DNA of 60,377 nucleotides, the filler included, from Sphacelaria rigidula (taxonomy: Eukaryota), in assembly GCA_964200075.2 (NCBI GenBank). It is 8 parts of 8 records of this genome, joined end to end, with 100 filler letters (N's around TTAATTAATTAA, not from the genome) between each part and the next. Parts side by side here need not be neighbours in the genome. Positions count along the whole stretch, not along the records: positions 30,241 to 37,700 come from CAXNAA020014827.1; positions 37,801 to 45,259 come from CAXNAA020014828.1; positions 45,360 to 52,818 come from CAXNAA020014829.1; 5 more parts are not named here. One strand, 5' to 3'. The notes under the pieces were generated by a model, which searched no databases, was not told the DNA's origin, and saw only the letters and a list, made by a program, of their open reading frames with translations. A program made the position numbers and the translations under genes. Of the stretch, positions 37,650 through 51,517 are shown one piece after another. Each line of letters begins with the position of its first letter. Positions within the stretch are counted from its first letter, which is position 1.

Positions 37650-38099
37650 ACGACTTCTCCTCTCGGAGGGGGCGAGAAAAAAGAACAAGGGGAAAGGATG
37701 NNNNNNNNNNNNNNNNNNNNNNNNNNNNNNNNNNNNNNNNNNNNTTAATTAATTAANNNNNNNNNNNNNNNNNNNNNNNNNNNNNNNNNNNNNNNNNNNN
37801 GATCAGGATCAACCCCTCGCTGCGAATCTCCCCGCTATGGGGGAAGGATGATGAATGCAGCACTCCTTCCCCGTGGCCAAGAAGCGGGGGGGGAAAGACT
37901 TTGATTAGCAAGAATTGGGGGGGGGCTAATTCTGATCGTGTGTTTTGTCTGGAGCCGTTGAGCTGCTTTGCTTCGCCGGTCACCGAGGGGGAATAAGGGG
38001 TTAAGTAGATGCAGTGAGTGTCTAGTTTGACTTGATGACGTAGGCACTACTGTAGTATGGATTGCAAAATTTGAATTTGAAATTTGATTCTTGTACTGT

Positions 38100-41000
38100 A
38101 GGCAGATGACTGACTGTGAGGTGGATTTTGCAACATGTGATCCGAGTTTCGAAAGTCGTCAACTGCACTGTGTTGTGTGGGTTCATATATGTTACCTAGA
38201 GGCTTGGTCTCGCGTGCGTAGTGCAGGTTACTCGAATGTTAAGTACGACCACCCACGCTATTGTAAGGGGCATGTGGCTAGTACAGTTGAAGAATTTGAC
38301 TTGCGTTTTGCTTGGATTGACCATCAGGAGCTACAGTGTGATGAAACACACAGCTCATCCATCCTTGTTTTTGTCTTGGTGTGAAAAGAAATGTACCGAT
38401 GTATTTGATTCTTGGCTGGTCCCATAGTCGTTGAAAGAAGTAACGAGTTTCGGGATTTGCGGTTGTTTTACGGTTGCTGATGAAATTCATTTCTTGAGAG
38501 GATACACCTGTTGGATGCACCTGTTGAATGCGCCGTGAGCGGAAGAGTTCTTTTCCGGTGAGTAGTTCTGTTCACAAAGTATGGTCCATGAACCTTACTT
38601 TTGACACACGCAGTCTATGGGGGGGTGTTCGTAGGATGGCCTGCGATGTCCAGTAAGATACACCAAGTCAGGGTAAGGTACAACAGTCTAGTGATATACC
38701 TGTTTGAGTTCCGGGTACTACGCAGGATGACTTTATATTGTGATGTCAGTGACTGGACATACGTGAGTCGTGCCTGTCACATCCTGAGACTTTGGCGCCT
38801 ACTGGGGTTACTCCCCTTCCTTCCCTCTTCATCAACAAAGCTTCATATACATTTTTACCTCATCTTGATCGGCAGTCAGCCGTGTCTATTGATCGACTAT
38901 CGCAGTCGTGTCCATTGATCGACTATCTGAGTCGAGTCTGCACCCCATCCTCTCACGGGGTCACGGAGCTACAAACACTCAAATACTCCCTCCCCCACCG
39001 GTGGAATTATTTCAGAACTACCCACCAAAACGGAAGGACCGATGCTTACCTCAGGCTTGGAAACCGTAGGTAAGCTCGATGAATTAGTTTTTCTTATCCT
39101 CGTTGAGGTACTAGGTCCCAATGTTGGCGAGTTGGTCCTCGGTCTTCACGAGGTGGGCGCTGATGATTCCTCCCTCGACCAGTCTCTGGATATAGTACTG
39201 CAGAGGTACATGTTTGTGTGGCGAGCGGCAGGTCCGGTTGCCGGCGGCGGGAGAAGTCGAGGTGTCGTTGGTAAACATGATGAATGCGTAAATTGCGCCC
39301 GTCCTCCGAGTAGGTATAGATGCAGAGTCCCGACTTGGGGCTTGTGAATCAATCTCAAGAAGAATTCGATCGACCGTGCGCTATCAGCAACTTCGATATT
39401 GGCAGGGATTGTAGAGGCGTTCGAGAAGCTGCATCCCGTCAGGGCCCCGTTGTCGTCGAATCCCGCGCATGTATGTAGCTGACGTTTTGACCTATACTTC
39501 CTCAAACTTGTGTTCAAGATAAGTAGTGCTGTATTCGAGATGACAGTACTCCAGGGTGTGACTTGCCACTATTGCCAGCACCGTACGGATGCTAAAACGT
39601 TTTGGGATCGACGCAAATATGTTGCTGCGCTACTCGTCACTGGGCTGAGGCTGCTGCAACAACAGTTGAGGATCCTTGAACGGCAGCCCAGGTATGCTTA
39701 ACGGCGCATCAATTATAATGGTGTTCCTGTTCCCCATGACAACCTGGTGGGCCACGGCGGCAACGCGATAGCTCTGGGTACCACTACTGAATCGGACAAC
39801 TTGGCCTGGGACACGTGGGGAATGTAGTCCTTGGTATCCAGGAGGTGAATGCCCTCCTACCTGATGTGCTCCTCGGTGATGTTGCAGGCGTACTTGTAGT
39901 CCTCACATGTCTCTAGCGTGACCTACCGGATCAGGTATGTGAAGATCATCCGGTGTACGCCCTGGACCTTGCGGTGGGCCGGGACAGTTGATGGAAGTTC
40001 CTACGGTACAAATGTCACAGTCTGCCATGGTTCCGTCGGAACTCCCTGCTTTGTTGTTCACTTCTCCAGGGTGTACAGGCTGTAGCGGTTAAGGTTCCTC
40101 ACCGCCGATGCCATTGAGAGGCGGCAGCGGTAGCTTGCATCTCCAGGCGCGGCGCTCTGCTCCCGCTGATGAAGCCTGAAAGTAAACAGTGGAGGTCGCC
40201 CTCGAACGCTTGGAGCGGTAAGTTGAAGGTGGTATCGCCAGCCTCGGATTGTGCATGTCAAACGTGGACGAAACACCGTTGCGCCCAACCTGTACAACGA
40301 AGAACAGGTTCCGCCCCTCGGCAACGCACGGCTAAGAGTAAGAGGTGGGGTGGGTTGTGCACCCTTTTCCGGTGATGATGCCACGACTCAGTTCCAGACC
40401 GACCCCACTGTGCAGTTGTGAGCATCCGCAGTACAGCTAGCTCACAGTGGCATCTTGTATCTCAATCGCGTAATGATGGCATCTCCGACGACGGACCTCG
40501 ACGTCCCACTGTTGTCGTGTTGGCGAACACCGCCACGTTGGCAGACTTGTTACCTCCGCTTCACAGTTTCACGACTGGCCCCGCCACGGCAGCTTGTCGT
40601 TCTTCGTGTTGTTGGTGCTACTGAAACAGCCAGGCTGCCGCTTGTTGCTGCTGGTCGACGCCAATTGGTGAGGGGGAAACCTGCCGAACGTGAGCCACGC
40701 ATGATGGAACATGACCGCCATCGCCGAAACACGGGTCAAGGCAGGCAGGTCGCCGGTGATGCGGTTTGGAGCCCCCAATGCTTGAGCTCTGGAGCTGTCG
40801 GCTTTTCCGCCGGTAATATCACCGAAAGCTCGAAACAATCCATGGTGCAGTTGCTAGGATCCCGTTCGTGACGCAGCCCCGTAGCCTAAGCTCCGTGATT
40901 GCCCCTTCTTGGATCTCGAAGGCCGATCCACTAGTCTCTTCGACGTCCGCACTCCCGAATTCTGCGCACTTCCTCTGTGCTATAAGTGAAATCTTCAACT

Positions 41001-41100
41001 GGATACTTGCCATATCTCCCGAACGGCGGTGCTCACCATCCTCTAGTTATGTTTGTTGGGAATACAAAATCATGGAGATGTGCAGTGGGAACGGAACAAA
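38100..41100 (-). mobile_element. Degenerate Ty1/Copia LTR retrotransposon remnants (possibly more than one element)
   Basis: RNase H end HFVKTEDQLANIGT (~39115-39155). Integrase-like YKYACNITEEHIR.EGIHLLDTKD (~39825-39900). PPT GGTGGGGGAGGGAG (38986-38999) followed by a putative LTR at 38602-38985. Gag-like frame at ~40820-41010. Confidence 0.78.
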
Positions 41101-41702
41101 TCCGACTATACTTACTGAGAAAGTGTGGGTCGATATTTGAGAATAATTGTTCGGGAATCAATGTGGATCATATCGGACTATTGACGCAGCAGAGGGTACG
41201 AAGGTTGGGAAGGGTGGTGGTAAATACGAACAGGAGGTCTTCACTAAGGCCTGGGAATGTCTAGCGTCATGTCCCAGTGATGACCAGGACGAGTGTTCTC
41301 GCTTTGGTGTTTTTTTGCCCGGAGTAGGGGCGAAGTTAATCCATTTTCGGGTCGGCGGATATTTTTTGTCTGTTTATTTGCCCATGCAGGGTAAGTCGCC
41401 ACAAGAAATAAGAGGTTTCAGCTCGAAAAACGCCGAAGAGTTCAATAAAATAATCGTGTACGGCATCGGACACGGTGAAGGGCCCTTGCTAAACGTGAGA
41501 GAGCTTACTTGTGGCACAGACGAGATATAACGCTGTTGCCAAGCAAGGCAACGTGTTCACTGGTGCTACCGATTGGCCAGGATTTGTGTTTCGTTTGGTA
41601 TTGGCTTACCGTTGGTTGGTGCTTTCCTCATCGCGAACGACGTACCTGGCCCCACCGGATCACATTTCGACGGAGAGTTGCCCACAAGGCGAACCGCGGA
41701 GT

Positions 41703-41844
41703 GAGGAATGCCACGGTAGGAGTGCACATTTTACTCCAAAGGATTTCTGAGGCTGCACAACAAGGCCCAGATATTTGTCATCAAGAGGATCCTACAGCAA
41801 AGTGCCCCAGAAAAAAGAAGTGCAACCCTACCGTGGCATTGCTC
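41703..41844. mobile_element. GAG...CTC MITE (Sola-like), short variant
   Basis: GAGGAATGCCACGGTAGGAGTGCAC / GTGCAACCCTACCGTGGCATTGCTC with a perfect 4-bp TSD, GAGT. Confidence 0.82.
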
Positions 41845-44129
41845 GAGTAGCCCGATCATTGGTTGACGCAGTTCGTGCCAACTTTGTTGCTCCTCTACTC
41901 GCTCGACCGTAAGACGGAGGGGGAGCCTGACGACTGCCTGCCGCAATTCACGCCTCCATTGTGGCTCATCTGCTTCAGCAGGACATGGTATCTCTTGTCG
42001 CGATGTGTGATCGACATGTGGAGCAAGCATCACGGCGGCTTACCTTCCCCCTTTTATCCCCAGACCCCCCCCTTTCCGTCCACAACCCCCCCGTTCTTTC
42101 CATACTGACTCCCCCTTTCCCTAATTGACATTTACTCCATGCGGCGGTGGCCGTCTTACAGTCGCCCATTGCTCAACAGTGGAAGGACGGCTCGCCACTG
42201 TAGTTTCCCCCGCTTACCTCTCAAGCCTCGTCCGGCGAAAACCCGGCGTGCTCCATCCCGACTCTGTAGGAACGGATCCCCTTTGGGGTTGGCGTCGGTT
42301 GGCGATGACGCGGTAAAATATGCCACTCACTTCGTCAGCTAGGCAACCAGGTTATCGCTGTTTTTGCGGGCTTTCTTTTTTTTTGCGGTAAGCATGATGG
42401 GTGATCTAGATCATATTGTGCGGGGTGGAAGGACCTCAATTCCGTGCAAAGGAAATAATCAAACTGCATGAATAGTAAGACATCCATGAGGCAGTGTGGA
42501 ACCCGTGGTTGTGTCTGAAGTGGTCATACCAGAAAATGAAGCAACTCATTGGAGGCTGTCATCTATATGCGAGATAATCAGTACGCTTCGGGCCGAACAA
42601 TCTCAGCTGGACGCAGCTCACCCTTCACGCGACTCGCCGAACACATCACCGCGGTTCGCGCTTGGTAATTGATTGCGAGCCTGGTCCGGCGAAAACATAG
42701 CGTGCTCCGTCCCGGCGTTTTGGGGATGCGAGGTCAATGGCCATATGACTGCGGCATGCAAGATCATGATTACACCCCCCTGCTTGCCTCTCTCGTGGCA
42801 CCGCGGTCCGCGACTGAGTTCGAGTCGCTCGGATGGAAGAAATGGTCTGAGTACATCGTATTCGAAGGTAACATAATATCCCTGATGTCTTGAAAATTGA
42901 AGCCCCTCCTCTCACAGCCGCCATTTTAGTCCCTCTCGTGCTCGGCCGGAACTGCCCAGATAATGACGTCGTCGTCTGTACAGTGTCAGGCATGCGCTGG
43001 TGTATTTCCTTTAGACGGTTGCGATCAGCGTGCACAACGTGGAGAAAGTTGCCGGAATCATCGACGGGCTGGATCATGGTGCTGTAGAGCTTTTCGTGAC
43101 ACGTCCCCGTAGCAATCTTTGTGTTGCTTTTGTACAGATCTTCCAGGGCCTCTCACACCGCTTGCCCGTTGGTGACCCCACCGTCCCGAGTCTTGTCCAT
43201 GTGTTTTTCACGATGCTGTAGGCAGATCATCCTGCCATAAAGAACAGCGTGCCGAAGAGGTCGTTGTTTCCGCGTGGTCGCGTCGCAAGAGTCGTCGTGT
43301 TTTGCGGTGTGGTATCACTTCCGATCAAGACAGACTCGGGCTTCGGGTCTCCTTCAAGAATGCCGGCGACGCGTTCTCTACAGAACGTCAAGATGACAAG
43401 AATGTTTCGTGTGATTTCCTGAAGTCAACTCTCTACCTTCAATACACACACGGGAGGTCTTCGGTATTCAGCACCGTGTGAATGTGTACCCCGGCATGGT
43501 AATTCTACTCGACTCGTCGAACTTCCTTTGTACAACAGTGGAGTATTTAGGAGGTGAAATTATCCCCGTATCGCTCCATTCACCCCTCTCCAATTTTTGT
43601 ACGCCCAGAGCTATGGGCTCTAGAGCGTTGAGGTAACCACATTACTTTTATTTTCGACCACGATCTCCTTGTCTTTTTTCGATAAATCCCATCTCTGTCC
43701 ACGTTTCCCTGTTTGGGGGGGGGGCGTACTCATTTGTTGCTTACCTTAGCCGTGTGACCATTGGGGGGGGGGGGTCAGTTTACTCGTGGTGTGTTTCCGC
43801 GAACTGGTTGTAAATTTTCCATAGTTAAACATGTTTTGCGCTCGTCAAACCCTGAGGCTGACAACACGAAGCCCCACCCGAGGCGCACCGAGAATCCTCA
43901 GGCCAGGGGGGTGAGCATGGTGTTCGAGGCATGGTGTGCGTTGTCAGAGCTCAAGTTGACGCCGCTGCGCAGATTGAGCACACACGCGTCATGCGCACGC
44001 CGGTGGGCACCTGGGGCTGTCAGCCCCCCTCAAGATCCGACTACGACAGTCGGCATTCAAGCAATCATGTGGTCAACCATGGACTTTGTCGGCGAGTGCG
44101 CGTAAGCTCCGTTGGTCTCGTTCGTTTTT

Positions 44130-44285
44130 TCCAACAGGGGCGTCTCCCACGTGGCACACGCTGGTCAAGTTCTCAAAGCCATTGCCAACAGGTTCGGTAG
44201 TCTCTGCGAAGAGGTAGAGATCTCATTGGAAGAGTCGTGCGGGTTCCGGCACCAACAGTTGACCACCGACATGATGTTCGTGCCA
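44130..44285 (+). pseudogene. LINE (RTE-like) reverse-transcriptase fragment
   Basis: NRGVSHVAHAGQVLKAIANRFGSLCEEVEISLEESCGFRHQQLTTDMMF matches the RT domain pattern YRGISL..GK.....RL......QxGFR..RSTxD. Confidence 0.8.
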
Positions 44286-47200
44286 TGCTCTGTTTGTATA
44301 CCAGAAGCTTGGACGAGGGAATATACATTGACTCAATTCCTCGTTATTCACAATGCATGCGTGCACTCAGGGTACACGGACACCCCTGAGGGTCACTCCA
44401 AGCGAATGAGGGGCGCGGTGCAAGCCAGTTGACTGTATTCCTCCCTATATAGTCATCTCCACACAATGCTCCGACTACAGTACCCGTAGATCACAATCCC
44501 GGGGCGATTACCCAAAACAGCCCCCCTTATCGGAACGAGATAATGATCACGAAAATTTTGACGAATTGTCAAGAATAAACAATAATCAATTAAACCTCAA
44601 TTTTGTCCTTCGTAACAGTAATAAACCTTCCAGATCTCTTCATTCCAAACGTTTTCCGGAAATGTCAAAAACAGTAAAAATCAAATCAGTTTAGAATCAA
44701 TCATCCCCCTCAAGAAAATATTCCATCAAATCTGATTTGATCTCAGCAACTCCTTAATCCGCGCCAAATACAATATCATTCTTGGGAAAATTCCCAACTC
44801 GAAAACAACATTCCATCCGAAAACAGCTCCGGCATTTACGCGCATCCTTGTGGTTACGTGTCCATGATATGTAGTTGTACACAAGAATTTTCTCCTTGAG
44901 GAATGCGGCAACGTATCAAGACAGAATCTGGAGATAAAAATCGTGTTTCAATCATATCGATCAATTTTAACCAGTTTCCGGACGCACAAAAGCCTAATCG
45001 ATGACTCAGCAAAAAATGTCGACAATCCATCCTTCAATACATCACGAAGAAAAAAAGCAGTACTCGGCAAAGTAAAAACTCTGCGTGTGATAACGCAAAG
45101 CATAACCTTCCCCAAAGCTTACTTTCTATACTGTTGTTTGAAAAGCAGAACACTTTCAACTGAATGTTCAACAGTCCTGCAGCCCCCCTGCTACAACATT
45201 ATTCTCGAGTGTATAATCACCGGCACAGAACATAACACAGAACACGCCCCGCAGTAAGCNNNNNNNNNNNNNNNNNNNNNNNNNNNNNNNNNNNNNNNNN
45301 NNNTTAATTAATTAANNNNNNNNNNNNNNNNNNNNNNNNNNNNNNNNNNNNNNNNNNNNGTCACGAGTCGACTCATGATACTAAAACCAAGTAATTTTCA
45401 GACGAATCATTATTTGTCCGACCCTTGCAGAAATCACACAATCTCCACACATACTCTTGACATACTGTATATGATAAGCAGCAGAAATCTCACCAAGGAG
45501 CGCAACTTGAACGCCGTGTACACATTTGATATAATGTGCTGGAGGAATGATTTATAATACTGTTGTTGTACTTGTACCCTTCTTTGTTGAGACCCTCAAC
45601 AATAAACAACGGCGACTGATGACCAACGGGATGCCTCAATATTATTGTGCTGCTCCAACACTGAATATTTCGAATCTCGAATATGTCACCCACTTTGATA
45701 CAAGAAGGTACAACCGTTGTAGATACCTTTATGTGTCCAGTATACGATTTGTTTTTTGTTGACGTGCCCACTTTCCTGCCTTGCGCGACGAGCCCTCTTT
45801 TTTGTTGTCCCTCACTGTCTGAGGCGGGTACCGGACACAAGAGCAAGACACGCAACGGGTGATAAGGACAAAACATAGCAGGGCATCTCATTGCTTCACT
45901 GCAGTTACACAGCTTGCGCAGCTCGCGTACAGTTCAAAGGGCTCCTATTAGGTGGCACGCGTTGTGGTGGCGGTGACGGCGGCTGCGGCGAAGGTGCCGA
46001 CTGGATTGGGGGGCGCGCGGTAGAACCGAGGTGATACTTGCATAGATGATGCTGGGAATCGGTACAGTAACAGCGTGTACGCACAAAGAAAGCAGAGTTG
46101 GTGTGCAGCGGGTGTGGTGGGGAAGCATACAGAGACTTGCTTGTTCGTACTGTGCTCACTATCTCCATACGGCCGTATCAGCTACGGTACTAGTTGTCTT
46201 GCGATTCGTGTCCTGCTGTGCAGTCATGTGTTGTTGCCCTTATTTTCGTCGGTGCGTGGTGCGAAATCAGAGACATCCTGTGTTCAGTGTCGGAGTGCGT
46301 GCAGTACGGGGAATAACAGATGTATGGTATGACGATTATACACGTAACAGCCTTCCGTGTGAAAGGGGGTACGAATAACAGCAACGCATCCAACACACCC
46401 CGCACATGACGGGCCTGAGACTCACAGTATACACTACGTGGTGCACTGACTACGGGTAGTGTTGTATTGCATTTACATTCACTGTAGACAACAGCACTTC
46501 ACTAATCTCCATAGCTGATACGTAGACGGCATGCTCCCCACCCCCGCCCCTTGCAGATTTTTCTAAAACTCGGCGGTTTGTCCTGAGAGAACAGCCAGCG
46601 CACAGATCATCACACAGACACCAATGCTTTTGCTGGACACCACATACGCACCGACACGCGCACACCTGGATCGAATCGCGATCATAGTCCCAGCAGTCGT
46701 TTATACTGCACATTGATACTTGCGAGTGTTACTAGCCATCTTTGTCCCATTCCCTTCTAATGTTCCGCGTACATTTGGGCTCTTGTTGAACAGCCCATGT
46801 TATGTGCTTCACACACGTTCGTTGTGCTTTCCAAAAACTTTCATCATACAGTCGGTTCGTACAGACAGTAATCAGAAAACAAAGTCTCGATACTGCTTAT
46901 CGCGCAAATTCTTCATCTATGATACTAGTCATAGCACAAAATCATTTTTGAACAGACCTTCCGGGTCTACCCGGGATTTCGACCATGTCCTCAAGCACAC
47001 ACACCACAGACGTACTTGTATGTAACCTATGACAAGTGATGTGCTGCCACGCCATGGCGAGCTGGAGATTCATTCTCATGCGGATGGATCGGGTACTTCG
47101 AGCACACTGTACTTCCTTTACTATAGAGTGGCCATCAGCGTTTTCGCTGTTGCTTGCTTGGCTGTTACGCAACGGCTACCCATGTTGCTTGTATGATTTT

Positions 47201-50200
47201 TCCAGTATGGCGGTTTTATAGTCAAGTTTTCTGTTTTTCAAGGCAACATTCCGCCGAATGCTGCCGTGCAATTTGTGTTCGCTTCGAAGTGGGAATTGTG
47301 CTGCTCAGTTGTACGATGCAGTGTGGTGCAGCACAACCCGGGTAATACTTCAAATGCTTTGGTCCCAGGCGTATCGTTTTCGATGTAGTCAACCAAGCAC
47401 TACTGCTTTACCGTAGACAGCAGTGCCGGACAAGACGGTATGCTTGCGTCAAGGTGCGTCTTTTTGTTACAATATTCCTGTCAGTTCAGTACAACTTTCA
47501 CGGGTCAGTAGTATCACGACCGCACAGGAATGGTACACCGTTCAGTACAGGTAGTGCAGTAACCGTTACCTAGTGGGCCGCAGTTAGCATGCAGAGTCTT
47601 CGACAATCTAACGCGTTGGATGAGGTTTTGAGGCCCGCCAAGAGCTTGTTATGCAGCAATAGTAACGTCACGGGTGTGATAAAGGGCCCTATTCGAGTAC
47701 AGTTCAGTCACAATTTAGCGGAGCAAGTACTGACTACTGCTCTGCAATGTCTGTACATGAAGGACACGCCCTAGTGACAGACTGTCTGTCTGTGCGTACT
47801 GTTGTGTTGTCTACACTTCGATGCAAACAGTAGGTACAGAAACAAGAGCGCGATTTTCCCTCCCGTTATTATTCTCGCGGAGATGCTACGTTTTATCCCC
47901 CTCGATTTTTGCCGTCTGCCTTGAAACGCTGCCGCACCCACCTTCCCCTTCCCGTCCTCCCTCATCCGCCCTGCTCTTCTGCATCCGAAGCGCATGTGCC
48001 TACGTCGAATCAATTTCCTCAGAAAAGCCGCAAACATGTTGGCTTCTTGAATACTCCGCCTGCTTCCAATTTCACGAGTGACAGCTGCTGTGCCGTGCGG
48101 TAATAGCCGAGACATTTGCCACATGGCACCTCAACAGCAAGTAAAATCAGTAGTGTTTGCTCGGCTGCCGGCGCATAAACGATACCGACTTTGTTTCCCA
48201 CACTGCAGCTCGTTAAAGTACAGACGACACCTGATGAATGTCCCCGCGCACTCGCCAGTACAAGAGACGGCAGTACACAGACATCAAGTACAGGGCGGAC
48301 AAATGTAGAGTCGTACTGACTGCACTTTACTATATTGTACTGACTGTCGTCATACTGATGGTAGTTTGAAAAAGTGAGATGCCGGAGCAGTGCACATAAT
48401 TTCTCCTCGGGTGAAGATCAGCCGTTCAACGACCGGACGGCCCACCAGCCGGCACACCGCACCCAGACCAACCGGTTGCAGAACTATTTCAGCAATATTC
48501 AACGTGCAAATTGCAACCAACTCCTTACGGCGGGATGGTGAGGGCGGGGGCGGGGGTGGAGGTAGGGGTCGAGGCACCATTGATCCGCCCTGGTCAGTCC
48601 TAGCTGTCTATCCCAGGTGGTATCGGCGAATGGGGTCACGGAACGGTTCAATTGCAGCCCGTCCATCAGCTACTCCTGGTTACGGTTCGCGTTTTGAAGG
48701 GGGCTGTCACACTTGTGGTGATGGCTCTCGGGGTGAAGCACGAGCGAGAGAGCCAGCGCAGCCTACTACGACAGTAGACCCGATCGGAGGATAGTTGGAT
48801 ACAATTTATTTATTGATATCCAAAGGCACGCGGCTCATCCCACCCAGTAAGGCGCAGGGGGGATGTACGGTAGTTGCTCGGGAGTGAAATTTTTTCCATC
48901 TCCTAAAAGTATGTGCATGCCAGTGAAAAGCTACACTCTATTATAGTCGACTGGGTGATGAGTGATGACAAGAGTAATGGATTGAGTTGCGGGAATATTG
49001 CGGAGTCTCCTGGTAAAGTTACCTAGTAGTTATCTCAACAAACCATGCACTGGGTACGGACAGACAGTGCTGTTGAATAATGTGCCAACTGTATGGTAAC
49101 TGTCGTTGCAACAGCTCCCTGCTGTGATTTCGTCTGCAGCTAGTCACCACCAGCTGCACTAGCCATATGCGGCCATAGCTCTGCTTAATTCAATCGACAT
49201 GTACACGAATAGAAGCTACGCAGCTCGACACGAGCTCACGTCACACGTCTATTTTGTCCTGCCGTGTTTCCTGTCCAAAAGAACGGTCAGTCAACGCCGA
49301 TGTTCCCGAGGTTTTCGTTCGATATCAACCTCACTGTCTGCCCGAGAGCGAAACTTGCAACTGTCGTATTGAACGACAACAAGTATTGCTCGGTATTTTT
49401 TTAGCACGGGACTGCATAGTTCACGGGCCATTTCGAATATGTTATACTGCCACCGTACTGGCCTTTTGCGTCAGCCTGTACCCCAAAGGGCCCATGTTGG
49501 AAATCAAACGGACGTTCTGATATGCGCCAACTTTCGAGAGAAAATATTCCGAAGCACCGCACAATTCCTAGCATAGCCTGGGGGGGCTAGTCGAATACTT
49601 TCTTTGTTTCTGCTGCGACCCTTCATGGGTATGAGAGCAATTTCCTCAGACTCGGTAACTGTAGTTATTAGCATGTTTTGCCTGCGACAACCGTGAAAAT
49701 TCGCGGAGGTGAGGATGTACGAGGTATTGAACAGCGTTAACCCTATGGGGTATCTTTAGATGAGGTGAAAACCTGCTTGCATGCCTGCGTGTGGACAGGT
49801 TAGTACGACAGCACTGTGCAACAGCACGAGTACAGCACAGTTTGCACAACAGACAGAATTAGCTGGCCGCGCCGAAGCCTCGTGCGGTAGCGAGTGGGTG
49901 GCATCGCTCCACGGTGGTGCTGTACTGCCTCCACTTGATCAAGAGACTGGCTAGTTGTTCAGCCCGCCGTTCCGCACGTTTGCGAATGCGTCTCGCTCGA
50001 CCAAGCTCTGAGAGAATGAATTGCCAATCGCGTCGATTTTTGTACACGGTGGTGTTTCTCATGGAACACTAACTTCACCTCGATTCTCGTCGCCTTCCCC
50101 TCTCGTACAGTACAGTCAGTGCAGTGCGTACAACTGTGGCAGCACTTCATGTCTGGGACACCAGCTATGTATACCGAGCTGCCCCCTAGTATCGGCCTGT

Positions 50201-51025
50201 TACACATGCATATTAGATATGCTGCACTGTTTGTTGCATTGCGTGAGGCACTATCTGCACACGCACTACTGTACGCAACGATATTTTTGACTCCGCACTA
50301 CGTAAGCATGTTTACAACTTGAAGACTATGAATCGCTGAAATACGGTCTGGATCATCCATACGCAGCAGCATACAACACTCACTTCGAATACCACCTTTT
50401 TCTACTTTGAATACCACCCCTTCCATCCCTTGATAACAGCATAAGCATTGGCTTCTGGGTACAAGAGAATCGTGAAATGAGCTATAATAGTATTCAAAAC
50501 ACAGTCTCGTGTAGGAGGGATTGTTGAAGTAACAATACAAAAAGAATATGTGCGAGAAGATGGCCTGTCTGTGTGTCGGGATTGCTAAACTAAAGCAGGT
50601 CAAGTAAAATGTGCCCGATATTTTGGTATCTTGAAAAGTGGGGATTCGACCAATACCCACAGCAGCAGCCAATCTGGTGCTGTTGTTCCCCTCTGTGAAT
50701 CCCGTGCAAGTCGTCGCGACGTACTTGGGCAGGTGGTATGCGACTTTTTAGGAGCCCAAAATATCGGTTTTACCCTACCCGACTTGACCTTGAAAACTAT
50801 TATTATAATAAAACTTTGTGCGGTCTCCCTTTGAATACCACCCCCACCCGTACACATACGTTGAATATCACTCCCTTCAATACATTTGAATACGACCTCC
50901 GGGTGAACGAGAAATTGGGTTATTTCCGGAACCGTATCACTGCTCACAACAAAATATCGATGTGCGTGGTTACATGTACAACTTGTATACATATATTATA
51001 TATACATTAAGCTTCTGAACCCTGA

Positions 51026-51208
51026 GGGCCTGTCTTGGCACTTTTTTTTATCGAAAATGTGAGGTGGAAGACAAAAATCCTTACCTGATAGGTCATGACT
51101 TCAACCATCTTCAAAATAAACGACGATGGTTGAAATCACGTCCTATCAGATCAGGAATTTTGTTTTCACCGCACTTTTTCGATAAAAAAAAAGTGCCAAG
51201 ACACTTCC
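51026..51208. mobile_element. PIF/Harbinger (Tourist-like) palindromic MITE
   Basis: GGGCCTGTCTTGGCACTTTTT ... AAAAAGTGCCAAGACACTTCC, TSD TGA/TGA, fold-back over its whole length. Confidence 0.82.
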
Positions 51209-51517
51209 TGAGTTCCACCCCCGCATGGTGAGTTTAAGGTTTTCAGAGTTTGTTCCTCGTTTTCATGTCATTATTTACGAAGCAGTACTGTTCCGAAAAT
51301 GACTGTTTCGCGCATTTTTTTCGTTGGTGTCGCGTGCTCGATGCAGATATTCTGCTAGAAGTGAGGCAAGCCCGTTTCGGGCTTGTGATCGTTGACAGCA
51401 ATGAGGGAATTACGGGTGGAGGATGCCCTCCTGTATCTTGATCAGGTGAGCTGTTATTTATCATTTTCAGGTACAGTAGGCCCTTCCTAATTATGCTATA
51501 CTATGGTCGGGTCTTCA

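Noticed and set aside
45360-45420. Shared start with scaffold 2 (7561-7610) suggesting overlap
   Set aside because: The similarity is only ~45 bp with mismatches, consistent with a dispersed repeat at which both contigs break.
45490-50300. Possible transposase or gene remnants in scaffold 7
   Set aside because: Short coding-like stretches exist (e.g. WQFILSELGRARRIRKRAE), but I found no diagnostic motif or splice-consistent exon.
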